Shown here in pieces: positions 1-9,510 of a stretch of 52,723 nucleotides of DNA. Both the position numbers and the translations under genes were made by a program. Under the pieces are notes generated by a model. The model was not told where the DNA came from, made no database searches, and saw only the letters and a list, made by a program, of their open reading frames with translations. Origin of the DNA: an uncultured Candidatus Saccharibacteria bacterium (GTDB lineage Bacteria; Patescibacteriota; Doudnabacteria; UBA920); contig CAZQZS010000005.1 in NCBI GenBank assembly GCA_964597895.1, forward strand, positions 1 through 52,723. Reading direction: 5' to 3'. The number at the start of each line of letters is the position of its first letter. Positions within the stretch are counted from its first letter, which is position 1.

Positions 1-55
1 GAACCCAGGACCGATCGGTTAACAGCCGATAGCTCTACCGCTGAGCTACTCCCGA
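1..55 (-). tRNA. tRNA-Asn(GTT), 3' part truncated by window edge
   Basis: Reverse complement reads TCGGGAG-TA-GCTCAGCGGTAGAGC-T-ATCGG-CTGTTAA-CCGAT-CGGTC-CTGGGTTC: D-arm, anticodon arm with GTT and start of T-arm. Confidence 0.93.
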
Positions 56-173
56 ATATTCAATTTTACTTAGACAGTTTAGCAAAATCTGACAAATAAT
101 TCAACCTAGTAAAGCTTAGATTTCAGGCTGATTTTGTGGTATTATATAGAGAGAATTTACTTAGGAAACAAAA

Positions 174-572
174 GTGCATATCAAAAATCACAATCAGCAG
201 CGAGGATTTGGAATCCTAGAAGTCGTGGTGACCTTATTCATCATTGGTGTAACCTTATTGCTGTTTGCGATTGTTTCTAATGCGGTAGTACTCAATAAGT
301 ATAACCGGTACAAGGAAGTTGCCCTTAGGGTTGCAGAGCATGAATTACAGGCACTTCGCACCACTCCTTACGCTAGTTTGCCATCATCAGGCTCGTTGGT
401 TAATAGCCAATTAGGAACTTTACCGCAAGGCTCGGCCAGTTTAGATATAAGCGAGATCGGTACCGGTTTGTCCCAAGCCACTGTTACGGTCAGCTGGCGC
501 AACCCTACTGCGAGCGGTACTCAACAGATCAGTTTGTCTACTTACTTATGGCAGGGAGGGCTGGGTAAATGA
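174..572 (+). CDS. Type IV pilin / pseudopilin-like protein (prepilin N-terminal methylation motif)
   Basis: QRG|FGILEVVVTLFIIG class III signal with E5 and hydrophobic helix. Confidence 0.85.
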   Translation: MHIKNHNQQRGFGILEVVVTLFIIGVTLLLFAIVSNAVVLNKYNRYKEVALRVAEHELQALRTTPYASLPSSGSLVNSQLGTLPQGSASLDISEIGTGLSQATVTVSWRNPTASGTQQISLSTYLWQGGLGK

Positions 573-1141
573 CTTTATATACTCCTAACAAGCAAAGCGG
601 ATTTACTTTGTTTGAAATGGTTATTGTTATTTTTTTAATGGCCGTGTTACTCATCGGACTGCTCAACATGTTTGATTGGCAGCAAAAAGTTTACAACCTT
701 GAACAGGCGGAAATTGCTGCTACTGGCAGTGCGCGTAACGCTATGAATGCCATGACTTTTGGCCTCGCCCAAGGCAGCGCTATAATTGCCAGTCGAAATA
801 TTAGCGGTGCTGATTATTCCACTGGTAGCTCTACAGTAATTGTGCAAGTTCCCTCGTTTGACAGTAGTGGGAATTGGATCTCGGGCAGTTCTGATTATAT
901 TGTCTACACTACCAATGGTACGAACTTGTACCAGATTATTGAATCGGCTGCAGGTAGCAGTAGGACAGCAGGAACAAAATTACTCAGTGACACCCTAGAA
1001 ACTTTTACTTTATCTTATAACAACGCTTCTCCTGCCGCTGCCAGCCAGGTCTCTATTGATTTGACTACTCGCGCATACTACCGCGGCAATCAGTCTGTCA
1101 CTGTTAATTTGCAAGAAACTATCTTTTTACGCAATTTATGA
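569..1141 (+). CDS. Type IV minor pilin-like protein (PilW/PulJ-like)
   Basis: QSG|FTLFEMVIVIFLM prepilin motif; overlaps neighbours by 4 nt. Confidence 0.85.
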   Translation: MTLYTPNKQSGFTLFEMVIVIFLMAVLLIGLLNMFDWQQKVYNLEQAEIAATGSARNAMNAMTFGLAQGSAIIASRNISGADYSTGSSTVIVQVPSFDSSGNWISGSSDYIVYTTNGTNLYQIIESAAGSSRTAGTKLLSDTLETFTLSYNNASPAAASQVSIDLTTRAYYRGNQSVTVNLQETIFLRNL

Positions 1142-2904
1142 ATAAATTTCATTCACAACAAGGTCAGGTTTTGGTTTTAGGCATCGTGATCATGGCCATC
1201 TTAATGACCATGTCGGCTTCCCTGTGGGGCTACACTCATATGCAAGTAAAAGCTAGTCGGCAGGCTGTAGAGCGCAGTCAGGCCCTACAGTTGGCAGAAG
1301 CTGGTATTGACAAGGCAATTGCCGAGCTTAACACAGATTCATCATTTAACGGTGAGTCTGGAACACTTGGACCCGGTGAATATACCACCACTGTAACTAC
1401 GATAGACTCAAACAACAAGCAGATTTTGTCCACCGGATATATCCCTAGCATGAGTGATCCGCAAGTTCAGGTGAGCGTGAAAATGAATGTGAGCATTGAT
1501 CTGTCCAGTGTAGCATTTAATTTTGGCGTGCAAGTCGGAGAGGGTGGATTGGTCATGAACAATAATTCTATAGTTTATGGAAATGTTTATTCTAATGGCA
1601 ATATCTCGGGCTGGGCCGCCACGATAGATGGTGATGCCACTGTAGCCGGAGGAGGATCGCCTACTTTGGACCAGGAATGCAATACAAACAGCGGAAACTT
1701 TGATTTTAATGCCACAGGCCGCCGTGATGTTGCCCAAAGATTCACTCCAACCATCAGCGGTCCATTAACGCAAATCAGCGCTTATCTTAAAAAGACTGGT
1801 TCACCTAGCAATATTACAGTACGTGTTACCACCGATAACAGCGGTTCGCCTAGTTCTAGTCAGGTAGGAGGTTCTGGCACCATTACCAGCTCTTCGGTCA
1901 CCACAAGTTATGGCTGGATTAATGCAACTTTTTCGAGTTCTCCTAACCTTACCGCTGGAACTAATTATTGGTTAGTTCTAGACACTTCTAGTAGCACCAG
2001 TAATTATTATAGTTGGGCCATAGACGCTACTGATGGCTGTACAAACGGAACCGCAAAGCATGCTAGTAGTTGGTCGTCACCACCTTGGACTGCGATTAAC
2101 CGTGATGCTAACTTTAGAATTTACATCGGTGGGGTGACTACTAGCCTGCAAAGTGTCAATGTGACTGGAACTGCCCGGGCCAACACCCTTATCGGACCAA
2201 GTTGTACTATTGGAGGAGATGCTTATTATGCTTCATCTAATTCTTGTAGCGTCTCGGGAAGCAGCTATTCCGGTACTCCGGATTCACCCAAACAGAATAT
2301 GCCAATTTCGCAGGCGCAAATTGATGAATGGAAGTCAGTCGCGCAAAGCGGTGGTACTCACAATGGTGACTATAATATATCTGGCGGCTCCACACAGACC
2401 ATTGGACCATTGTACATTAATGGCAACTTAACGCTTTCTAACAATGCTGTGTTGTACCTCACCGGTCCGGTATGGGTCAAGGGTAATATTAATTTAAGCA
2501 ACAATTCTTTTGTGAGGATTGACGCCAGTTTGGGTAATAATGGGACGGTGTTGCTTGCCGATAATCCTGACAATCCCTCTGGCTCGGGTGCCATTACAAT
2601 TTCCAATAATGCACAAATTCTGGGGAATAATTTTCCCAACAGCTTTCCTTTAGTAATTTCTGCTAAGAGCGGTTCTGGAGCCATTAATTTAAGCAACAAC
2701 ACTGCTGGCGCCATCTACTACACTACCAGCGGATTTATAATGGTATCTAATAACGCCGGTGCATCCCAGCTTACAGGCTATGGGATTAATATGAGCAATA
2801 ACTCCACCATCACATATCAATCTGGGTTGGCTAGTGCTACGTTTTCAAATGGTCCAGGAGGTAGCTGGGCTAAAGTTGAGGGTAGTTACATAATTCTCCC
2901 ATAA
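1138..2904 (+). CDS. PilX-like minor pilin with large extracellular C-terminal domains
   Basis: QQG|QVLVLGIVIMAIL N-terminus without E5, ALQLAEAGID PilX-type motif, Ser/Asn/Gly-rich repetitive C-terminus. Confidence 0.75.
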   Translation: MNKFHSQQGQVLVLGIVIMAILMTMSASLWGYTHMQVKASRQAVERSQALQLAEAGIDKAIAELNTDSSFNGESGTLGPGEYTTTVTTIDSNNKQILSTGYIPSMSDPQVQVSVKMNVSIDLSSVAFNFGVQVGEGGLVMNNNSIVYGNVYSNGNISGWAATIDGDATVAGGGSPTLDQECNTNSGNFDFNATGRRDVAQRFTPTISGPLTQISAYLKKTGSPSNITVRVTTDNSGSPSSSQVGGSGTITSSSVTTSYGWINATFSSSPNLTAGTNYWLVLDTSSSTSNYYSWAIDATDGCTNGTAKHASSWSSPPWTAINRDANFRIYIGGVTTSLQSVNVTGTARANTLIGPSCTIGGDAYYASSNSCSVSGSSYSGTPDSPKQNMPISQAQIDEWKSVAQSGGTHNGDYNISGGSTQTIGPLYINGNLTLSNNAVLYLTGPVWVKGNINLSNNSFVRIDASLGNNGTVLLADNPDNPSGSGAITISNNAQILGNNFPNSFPLVISAKSGSGAINLSNNTAGAIYYTTSGFIMVSNNAGASQLTGYGINMSNNSTITYQSGLASATFSNGPGGSWAKVEGSYIILP

Positions 2905-2905
2905 G

Positions 2906-3172
2906 ATGCCCTCTATTTTATTAAGCCAAAGCCCTGGTTATCAGCCAGAGGTGATTAAGGAGAGAATAATCACTGTTGAAGAAGAAGTAGTAACGTCGGC
3001 TGGAGAGCCAGTAAAGCCTGTGCCGAGCTTTGTTTATTTTGTACTTGCGATTCTGTTGATTGGAGTCGCAGTCTGGGCTGTAAAAGGATTTCGGTCTGCT
3101 GATAGGCCCAACACCTCACTCACTCAACAGGTTAAAAGACCGGTTCGGCCGACAAAGATTCTCAAAAAATGA
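2906..3172 (+). CDS. Small single-pass membrane protein, unknown function
   Basis: Tightly packed ORF with one hydrophobic helix (FVYFVLAILLIGVAVWAV) and basic tail. Confidence 0.6.
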   Translation: MPSILLSQSPGYQPEVIKERIITVEEEVVTSAGEPVKPVPSFVYFVLAILLIGVAVWAVKGFRSADRPNTSLTQQVKRPVRPTKILKK

Positions 3173-4452
3173 TACGTAATTCTTTACAATTAGGAACTAC
3201 CACCAGCCGCAAACAGATTTTGCGGATTTTAGAGGCCGGCTTAGCTGCAGTGGAGACAAAACAACTTATGCAAAACGGTTTTTTTTATGATGCCAAGCAG
3301 GATGTTCTACATATTCAAGGTAAAACATATCCACTTAAGCAGTATCGCCATATTGTGTTTGTTGGCATCGGCAAAGTTTCGGCTAAGGTTGCGGAGTTCG
3401 TTGAATCCCAGCTGGCAACCAGGCTTACAGGGGGTGTGGTGATTGATGTCGTCCCTGCCAACACCAAGATAATTGTTAGCCGGGTCGGCACTCACCCTTT
3501 GCCATCCACTGCTAATGTTTCTGCTACGACCGAAATCATCACCATGCTTGAGAACTTAACCGAAGACGACCTGGCTATCATGGCAATCAGCGGCGGCGGA
3601 AGTAGTCTATTAACCAACCCTCAGGTGATCACTTTGGATGAGGAGCGCAAAATCACCCAAGCTTTGATGGATGCGGGTGCTAATATTACGGAAATGAATG
3701 TAGTCCGCAAGCATTTAAGCTCTGTTAAAGGTGGCGGACTGGTTAAGTATGCTTATCCGGCTTCTGTTATCAGTTTAATTTTTAGCGATATTCCGGGCGA
3801 TGACTTGGCGCAAGTGGCTAGTGGGCCAACTGTTCAGGATAAAACTACAGTCAATGATGCGATGGACATTATGCATAGGTACCAAATTTTGGATCGGTGC
3901 CGGATGGATCATTGTGGTATGCGGGAAACACCAAAGGACTCTAAATATTTTGCCAAAGTCAACAATATTTTGTTCTGCAGTAATCAGGTAGCGCTTAAAG
4001 CTATGGAGCGGCAGGCTCATGACTTGGGTCTTACAGTAAAAGTGTGGCCGGGCTCTTTCAGTGGAGAGGCAAGGCAGTTGGCCAAAGAGTTTGTCGGGTC
4101 ATTGAAACCAGGCGAATGTTTAGTGGCTGTAGGTGAAAGCGTGGTCACTATGAAGAGCCACCAAAAGGGTAGTGGTGGGCGCAATCAGGAGATGACGTTG
4201 GCAGCTTTGCTCAACCTGCCCGAACGGGTCACTTTTGCGGCCTTGAATTCAGATGGGCATGACAATAGCGATGTTGCTGGCGGTATAGTGGATTATAGTA
4301 CTGTGGCTAAAGCGAAAAGTATGGGCGTTGATCTAAATGCTTATTTAGACCATCATGATGAATATGGGGTGCTGTCAGATTTAGGAGCTTCAATTATGAC
4401 CGGACTGACTGGCATAAATGTTTCTGATTTAGTAGTAGCTATTCACGATTAA
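3169..4452 (+). CDS. Glycerate 2-kinase, MOFRL/TtuD-type
   Basis: VGIGK, GTHPLP, ISGGGSSL, VRKHLSSVKGGGL, SGPT, GGRNQE, TGINVSDL motifs. Confidence 0.88.
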   Translation: MIRNSLQLGTTTSRKQILRILEAGLAAVETKQLMQNGFFYDAKQDVLHIQGKTYPLKQYRHIVFVGIGKVSAKVAEFVESQLATRLTGGVVIDVVPANTKIIVSRVGTHPLPSTANVSATTEIITMLENLTEDDLAIMAISGGGSSLLTNPQVITLDEERKITQALMDAGANITEMNVVRKHLSSVKGGGLVKYAYPASVISLIFSDIPGDDLAQVASGPTVQDKTTVNDAMDIMHRYQILDRCRMDHCGMRETPKDSKYFAKVNNILFCSNQVALKAMERQAHDLGLTVKVWPGSFSGEARQLAKEFVGSLKPGECLVAVGESVVTMKSHQKGSGGRNQEMTLAALLNLPERVTFAALNSDGHDNSDVAGGIVDYSTVAKAKSMGVDLNAYLDHHDEYGVLSDLGASIMTGLTGINVSDLVVAIHD

Positions 4453-4456
4453 AAAT

Positions 4457-5437
4457 ATGAAAGTAGTATATTTTGGCCTGAGCGCCAAACAAAAATCATG
4501 GCTAAAGTCGCAACGTTCCAGGTATGACTGGCGCGCGGCCGCTGGTCCGATAACCTTGAAGCATTTACCAAGCCAAGGCACTGAAGTAATTTCTATTCAC
4601 ACTGAAAGCCGGATTACCTCTGCCATTTTGGACAAATTGCCAAACCTCAAGCTTATCGTAACTCGCACGGCTGGTGTGGATCATATTGATTTAGCGGCAT
4701 GTCATCGCCGCAAGGTGGCGGTGGTAAATTGCCCTGGCTTAAATGCTTCATCTGTGGCCGAGTTTACTTTCGCATTGCTGTTATCATACCAAAGGCGTTT
4801 ACCAGAAGCTCTCCAAGACGGTAAAAAACTACTGCTGGGATCAGAGAAATTGGCTGGTTTGGAATTGGCTGGCAAAACTCTCGGGATAGTCGGTACTGGG
4901 GCGATTGGCCAGAGGGTTGCGCAAATTGGGGCAGGGTTTGGTATGAAGTTGCTGGGTTATGACGCCAAGCGAAACGCTAAGGCTGCCAAGAAGCTTGGCT
5001 TAACTTATCTTGGCTTAAAACAGTTACTGCAGCGCTCTGATGTGGTTTCAATCCATGTGCCAGCTACTCCGCTAACCGAACATATGTTTAACCGCAGTTT
5101 GCTGGGTCATATCAAACATAATGCCATCTTAGTAAACACGGCCCGAGGGAGTGTCGTAGAGCCTAAGGCAGTTCTTTGGGCCTTAGACAATGGAAAACTC
5201 CAAGCTTATCTTACCGATGTGTTAGACAAGGAACAGCAAATTTATCTTCACGGTAGAGCAACCCCTAAGGACCGTTTGATTATTAAGTGGCAAAAACAGT
5301 TGTTACGCCATCCAAGAGTGTTAGCTACCCCACACATCGCCCATTATACTGCCGAATCAGAGCTTCGGATTTTGGAGTATACCCACGATTCTATCGGCAA
5401 GTTTTTATCAGGCAAAAAAATCTCCGCAATTATCTGA
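4457..5437 (+). CDS. D-isomer-specific 2-hydroxyacid dehydrogenase (glycerate/D-lactate type)
   Basis: TAGVDHIDL, GKTLGIVGTGAIG Rossmann motif, NTARG, TPHIA catalytic motifs. Confidence 0.9.
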   Translation: MKVVYFGLSAKQKSWLKSQRSRYDWRAAAGPITLKHLPSQGTEVISIHTESRITSAILDKLPNLKLIVTRTAGVDHIDLAACHRRKVAVVNCPGLNASSVAEFTFALLLSYQRRLPEALQDGKKLLLGSEKLAGLELAGKTLGIVGTGAIGQRVAQIGAGFGMKLLGYDAKRNAKAAKKLGLTYLGLKQLLQRSDVVSIHVPATPLTEHMFNRSLLGHIKHNAILVNTARGSVVEPKAVLWALDNGKLQAYLTDVLDKEQQIYLHGRATPKDRLIIKWQKQLLRHPRVLATPHIAHYTAESELRILEYTHDSIGKFLSGKKISAII

Positions 5438-5481
5438 TTTGTGGTTAGTAGGTTTTGTTAAGTTGTGTCAGCTCTTGAGCC

Positions 5482-5507
5482 GTCCCCGTGAGGGGACTTT
5501 TGTTTTC
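5482..5507 (+). terminator. Intrinsic terminator
   Basis: GTCCCC-GTGA-GGGGAC followed by TTTTGTTTT. Confidence 0.7.
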
Positions 5508-5597
5508 TGTGGGGATAACTGTTGATTGGACGGGCGGCTGAAAATAAAAAGTAGGTAAACCATGGCAGGTTTTTGAATTCCCGCCATTGTTTGGTTA

Positions 5598-5645
5598 CCC
5601 CAATATATAGGGGTATAATTTTTATACCTACACAACATCATGTGT
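5598..5645 (+). promoter_or_regulatory. Tandem NrdR boxes flanking a TATAAT -10 element
   Basis: cccCAATATATAGggg (5598-5613) and acaCAACATCATGtgt (5630-5645), 32 bp apart, matching acaCwAtATaTwGtgt; TATAAT at 5614-5619. Confidence 0.8.
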
Positions 5646-5710
5646 TAAGTAAAACCTCAGGTTTTAGCTGGTCTGTTCAGCTTTCGGTCTGAAGTTTAGG
5701 AGCTTCTATA

Positions 5711-6154
5711 GTGAAATGTCCCAAATGTTTAAATATTGATACCAAGGTGGTTGACTCCCGGCCAGTAGAAGAGGCTGGGGCAATCCGGCGCAGGAGGGAA
5801 TGCGAAAAATGCAATTTTAGATTCTCAACCTATGAGCAGATTGAACTTCTAGGTTTGGCAGTCACTAAACGCGATGGCAGCAAACAGCCGTATTCCCGGG
5901 AAAAGCTGGAGCACGGCCTTAGGCGGGCCTTTGAGAAGCGCAACCTCACGGACTATATGTTTCGCAAAGTTATCTCCGAGATTGAGCAAGAGATCCAGCG
6001 CAAGAATGGCGGCGAAATTACCAGCGAGCAGATTGGCGAAATTGTAATGAAGGTCATCCGCAAAATAGACAAAGTGGCTTACATCCGTTTCGCCAGCGTG
6101 TACAGGCAATTCGAAGATATCAATGAATTTAAACAAGAAATATTGAAATTGTGA
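5711..6154 (+). CDS. nrdR: Transcriptional repressor NrdR
   Basis: CPKC...RRRECEKC zinc ribbon, ATP cone, VAYIRFASVY. Confidence 0.97.
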   Translation: MKCPKCLNIDTKVVDSRPVEEAGAIRRRRECEKCNFRFSTYEQIELLGLAVTKRDGSKQPYSREKLEHGLRRAFEKRNLTDYMFRKVISEIEQEIQRKNGGEITSEQIGEIVMKVIRKIDKVAYIRFASVYRQFEDINEFKQEILKL

Positions 6155-6183
6155 GTTTCCAATTTTGGACAATTTCTTTGTGA

Positions 6184-6241
6184 GTAGCCTGCGTTCGACT
6201 TCGCCGTAGGTGTCACTACGGCTCAGCCGAGCCTCGGCTAC
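6184..6241. repeat. REP-like palindromic element, copy 1
   Basis: TTCGAC...CCGTAG-GTGTCA-CTACGG-CTCAGCC within GTAGCC/GGCTAC outer stem; core shared with 9407-9432. Confidence 0.6.
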
Positions 6242-6311
6242 TTCCTCAAACTTGCCTCAACATTGAAAACTCTGAGAACAGATAGTTAATAATTAATAGT
6301 TAAGAAACAAA

Positions 6312-9300
6312 ATGATTCAAGCAAACAATATTCTCCAAATCAAAAAGCGTAGCGGCCAAATCGTAGACTTTGATCCAGTAAAAATAGAGGTGGCGATTAG
6401 TAAAGCGTATGTAGAAGTAAATTTTAAAACCAATCAGACGTTAACCCGTGAAATCGCCAAAGCGGTAATCGCTGACCTGGATAAAAATTTTTCAGATCGT
6501 GTCCCTGGGGTGGAGGACGTCCAGAATACCGTGGAGCGCAAATTGATGGAGCAAGGTTTGTTTGAAGTGGCCAAGTCTTATATTATTTACCGTTACGAGC
6601 ATACTAAAGTCCGCGAACAGCAAAAAGCCGAAGTCTTGCAGAAGGTTGATGCTAATCAATTAATGATTACCAAGCGGGATGGCAGCAAACAGGCTTTCTC
6701 TGTAGAGAAACTCAAGAAAAGTTTACAGGTGATTTTGGGCGAGTACGCTTCCGAAATTGACCAGCAAACCGTGCTGGATCAGGTTCGTTTAGAATTGTAC
6801 GAAGATATTACTACCGCAGAGATTGAACGGGCCTTAATTATGGTTCTGCGCGCTTACATAGAAAAGGATCCGGCTTATTCTTACGTTGCGGCCCGGGCTA
6901 TGGCTAATAAAATTTACAAGGAAGTGATCGGAGCAGATCAGATTGATTTTACACCGGAAATTTTAGAATCCCAGATTCGCCAAGCTTTCATCAAGCGGAT
7001 TCAGGAAGCTGTGTCTATCGGTCGCTTGGACCCACGTATGCTGACTTTTAATTTGGAATATGTTGCATCCGAATTGGTTATGGAGCGCGACAATTTGCTT
7101 AACTATCTGGCAGTTCAGACATTGTATGATCGTTACTTAACTAAAAATCCTCAAACCAAGCAAGTTTTGGAAACCCCACAGATGTTCTGGATGCGCGTCG
7201 CCATGGGTGTAGCCTTGGCCGAATCAGACAAGGAAGCCCGCGCAGTAGAATTTTACCGCATTACCTCTACTTTGCACTTTGTGCCATCGTCACCAACTTT
7301 ATTCCATGCCGGTACTATCCATTCACAACTATCTTCTTGCTATCTGACTACCATTGAAGACGACCTGCACCATATTTATAAGTGTTTGGGTGACAACGCA
7401 CAAATGTCTAAATGGGCGGGCGGGGTGGCCAACGATTGGAGCAAGCTTCGTGGTACTGGTGCGCTAATTAAACGCGTAGGCATTGAGAGCCAGGGAGTTA
7501 TTCCATTTTTGAAAGTCGCCAATGATACTACGGTGGCCATTAACCGAAGTGGCCGTCGTCGCGGCGCCACCTGCGCTTATTTGGAAGCGTGGCATTGGGA
7601 TATTGAAGACTTTTTGGAACTTCGCAAAAACACTGGCGATGAGCGCCGCCGTACTCATGATATGAATACAGCTAATTGGATTCCTGATTTATTCATGGAG
7701 CGCGTAAAGTCGGATGGTATGTGGTCCTTGTTTAGTCCTGATGAAGTTCCAGAACTTCACGATCTTTACGGGGCAGAATTCAAGAAGCGCTATGAACAAT
7801 ACGAGCAGCAGGGGCTTGCCGGGGGATTACGCTTGTTCCGCCAGATGCCGGCCAAGGATTTATGGAAGAAAATGCTTACCATGCTCTTTGAAACTGGCCA
7901 CCCTTGGGTAACTTTCAAGGATCCATCTAATATCCGCAGTCCACAAGACCATGTTGGCGTCGTGCACAGTTCTAACCTTTGCACCGAAATAACTTTGAAT
8001 ACTTCTGCCGAAGAGACTGCTGTTTGTAATTTAGGTTCTGTGAACCTGGCACGCCATGTCCGTAATGGTCAGCTGGACATAGAAAAGATTCAGTACACTG
8101 TTACTATCGCTATGCGCATGCTGGATAATGTTATTGACCTTAACTTCTATCCAACCATTGAAGGAAAGAACTCTAACCTCAAGCACCGTCCAGTTGGACT
8201 TGGCGTGATGGGTTTCCAGGACATGCTTTATCAAATGAACGTAAAATTTGATAGCGAAGAAATGGTGCAGCTTGCCGACGAAAGCCAAGAGGCGATTGCT
8301 TACTATGCCATCCTCGCTTCCACTCAGTTAGCTAAAGAGCGCGGAGCTTACGCGTCCTTCCGGGGCAGCAAGTGGGACCGCGGAATTTTGCCGGTAGACA
8401 CCATTGCTTTGCTGGAACGCGAACGCGGCACCGAGATTCCAGTTTCCCGTACCGGTAAAATGGACTGGACAATTGTGCGCGAAGCTATCAAAGAGCACGG
8501 CATGCGCAATTCCAACACTATGGCCATTGCTCCAACCGCAACCATCTCTAATATTTCCGGAGCTATTCCTTCTATTGAACCGATTTATAAGAATATCTAT
8601 GTTAAGGCTAATATCTCTGGCGACTTCGTGGTTGTAAACCATTATTTGGTGAAGGAACTCAAGGACCGAGGTCTCTGGAACGACGACATGCTTGCCAAGC
8701 TAAAGTTCTATGACGGCCGGGTCACCGAAATCCCAGAAGTTCCGCAGGACTTAAAAGACAAGTATAAAGAAGTGTTTGAGGTGGATGCGCGCTGGCTGAT
8801 CAAAGCCGCTGCTTATCGCGGGAAATGGATTGATCAGTCCCAGTCATTAAATATTTTTTACGGCGGTAAGAGCGGTAAGGATATTAACGACATCTATATT
8901 TATGCTTGGGATATGGGCGTAAAGACAACTTACTACCTCCGCAGTTTGGCTGCATCACAGGTAGAGAAGTCTACGGTTAATACTTCAGAATTTGGCAACA
9001 CTCATTTGCGTGGCCAGAATAAGGTTTCAGAAGATGCTGTTGCAGAGAAAGTTCTACAGCAACCCCAGCCAGAGCAAGTTCCAGTAATGGCGACTGTTAC
9101 GGAGGTGGTGTCAGAAAGCGCTACAGTGACTGCCACAGCGCCAGGTATGGCACCTGTATCAGTTACCGAGAGTGTCACTCAGGTTATCACCGAAGAAGTA
9201 AATCTGGCTGAGAAGCTTGGTTTGAGCAATTCCGAAGCCGCACCAGAAACCCAATCAATAGCCGCAGAAGAAAAGCCGATGACCAGGATTCTTCAACAAA

Positions 9301-9353
9301 CTGATTTTAAAGTTTGCCGGTTAGATGATCCAGAATGCGAAGCCTGCCAATAA
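6312..9353 (+). CDS. nrdA: Ribonucleoside-diphosphate reductase class Ia alpha subunit with two ATP cones
   Basis: Two KKRSG/TKRDG cones, SPTLFHAG, SSCYL, SNLCTEI (catalytic N-C-E), APTATIS, TYYLRS, C-terminal CRLDDPECEACQ. Confidence 0.97.
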   Translation: MIQANNILQIKKRSGQIVDFDPVKIEVAISKAYVEVNFKTNQTLTREIAKAVIADLDKNFSDRVPGVEDVQNTVERKLMEQGLFEVAKSYIIYRYEHTKVREQQKAEVLQKVDANQLMITKRDGSKQAFSVEKLKKSLQVILGEYASEIDQQTVLDQVRLELYEDITTAEIERALIMVLRAYIEKDPAYSYVAARAMANKIYKEVIGADQIDFTPEILESQIRQAFIKRIQEAVSIGRLDPRMLTFNLEYVASELVMERDNLLNYLAVQTLYDRYLTKNPQTKQVLETPQMFWMRVAMGVALAESDKEARAVEFYRITSTLHFVPSSPTLFHAGTIHSQLSSCYLTTIEDDLHHIYKCLGDNAQMSKWAGGVANDWSKLRGTGALIKRVGIESQGVIPFLKVANDTTVAINRSGRRRGATCAYLEAWHWDIEDFLELRKNTGDERRRTHDMNTANWIPDLFMERVKSDGMWSLFSPDEVPELHDLYGAEFKKRYEQYEQQGLAGGLRLFRQMPAKDLWKKMLTMLFETGHPWVTFKDPSNIRSPQDHVGVVHSSNLCTEITLNTSAEETAVCNLGSVNLARHVRNGQLDIEKIQYTVTIAMRMLDNVIDLNFYPTIEGKNSNLKHRPVGLGVMGFQDMLYQMNVKFDSEEMVQLADESQEAIAYYAILASTQLAKERGAYASFRGSKWDRGILPVDTIALLERERGTEIPVSRTGKMDWTIVREAIKEHGMRNSNTMAIAPTATISNISGAIPSIEPIYKNIYVKANISGDFVVVNHYLVKELKDRGLWNDDMLAKLKFYDGRVTEIPEVPQDLKDKYKEVFEVDARWLIKAAAYRGKWIDQSQSLNIFYGGKSGKDINDIYIYAWDMGVKTTYYLRSLAASQVEKSTVNTSEFGNTHLRGQNKVSEDAVAEKVLQQPQPEQVPVMATVTEVVSESATVTATAPGMAPVSVTESVTQVITEEVNLAEKLGLSNSEAAPETQSIAAEEKPMTRILQQTDFKVCRLDDPECEACQ

Positions 9354-9356
9354 AAC

Positions 9357-9476
9357 GCGGTTAAATCTTTGGCCAACTGCTTTGTCAGAATTTCCGTTTT
9401 GACCTCACCGTAGCTTTCACTACGGCTCGGCCAAATACTCAATTCTTTCGCGCATTTGGCTCAAATCTTTAACCGC
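9357..9476. repeat. REP-like palindromic element, copy 2
   Basis: GCGGTTAAA/TTTAACCGC outer inverted repeat enclosing CCGTAG-CTTTCA-CTACGG-CTCGGCC. Confidence 0.6.
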
Positions 9477-9510
9477 TTGTCCAGTTATTAATCTATGAGT
9501 GTGAAATAAT

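Noticed and set aside
5873-6692. 15-nt identity GATGGCAGCAAACAG between nrdR and nrdA cone 2
   Set aside because: Encodes the conserved ATP-cone start (KRDGSKQ); too short to argue for gene conversion
6312-9353. Intein or intron in nrdA
   Set aside because: Frame is continuous, no splicing or homing-endonuclease motifs seen; extra length is explained by the second ATP cone and the tail
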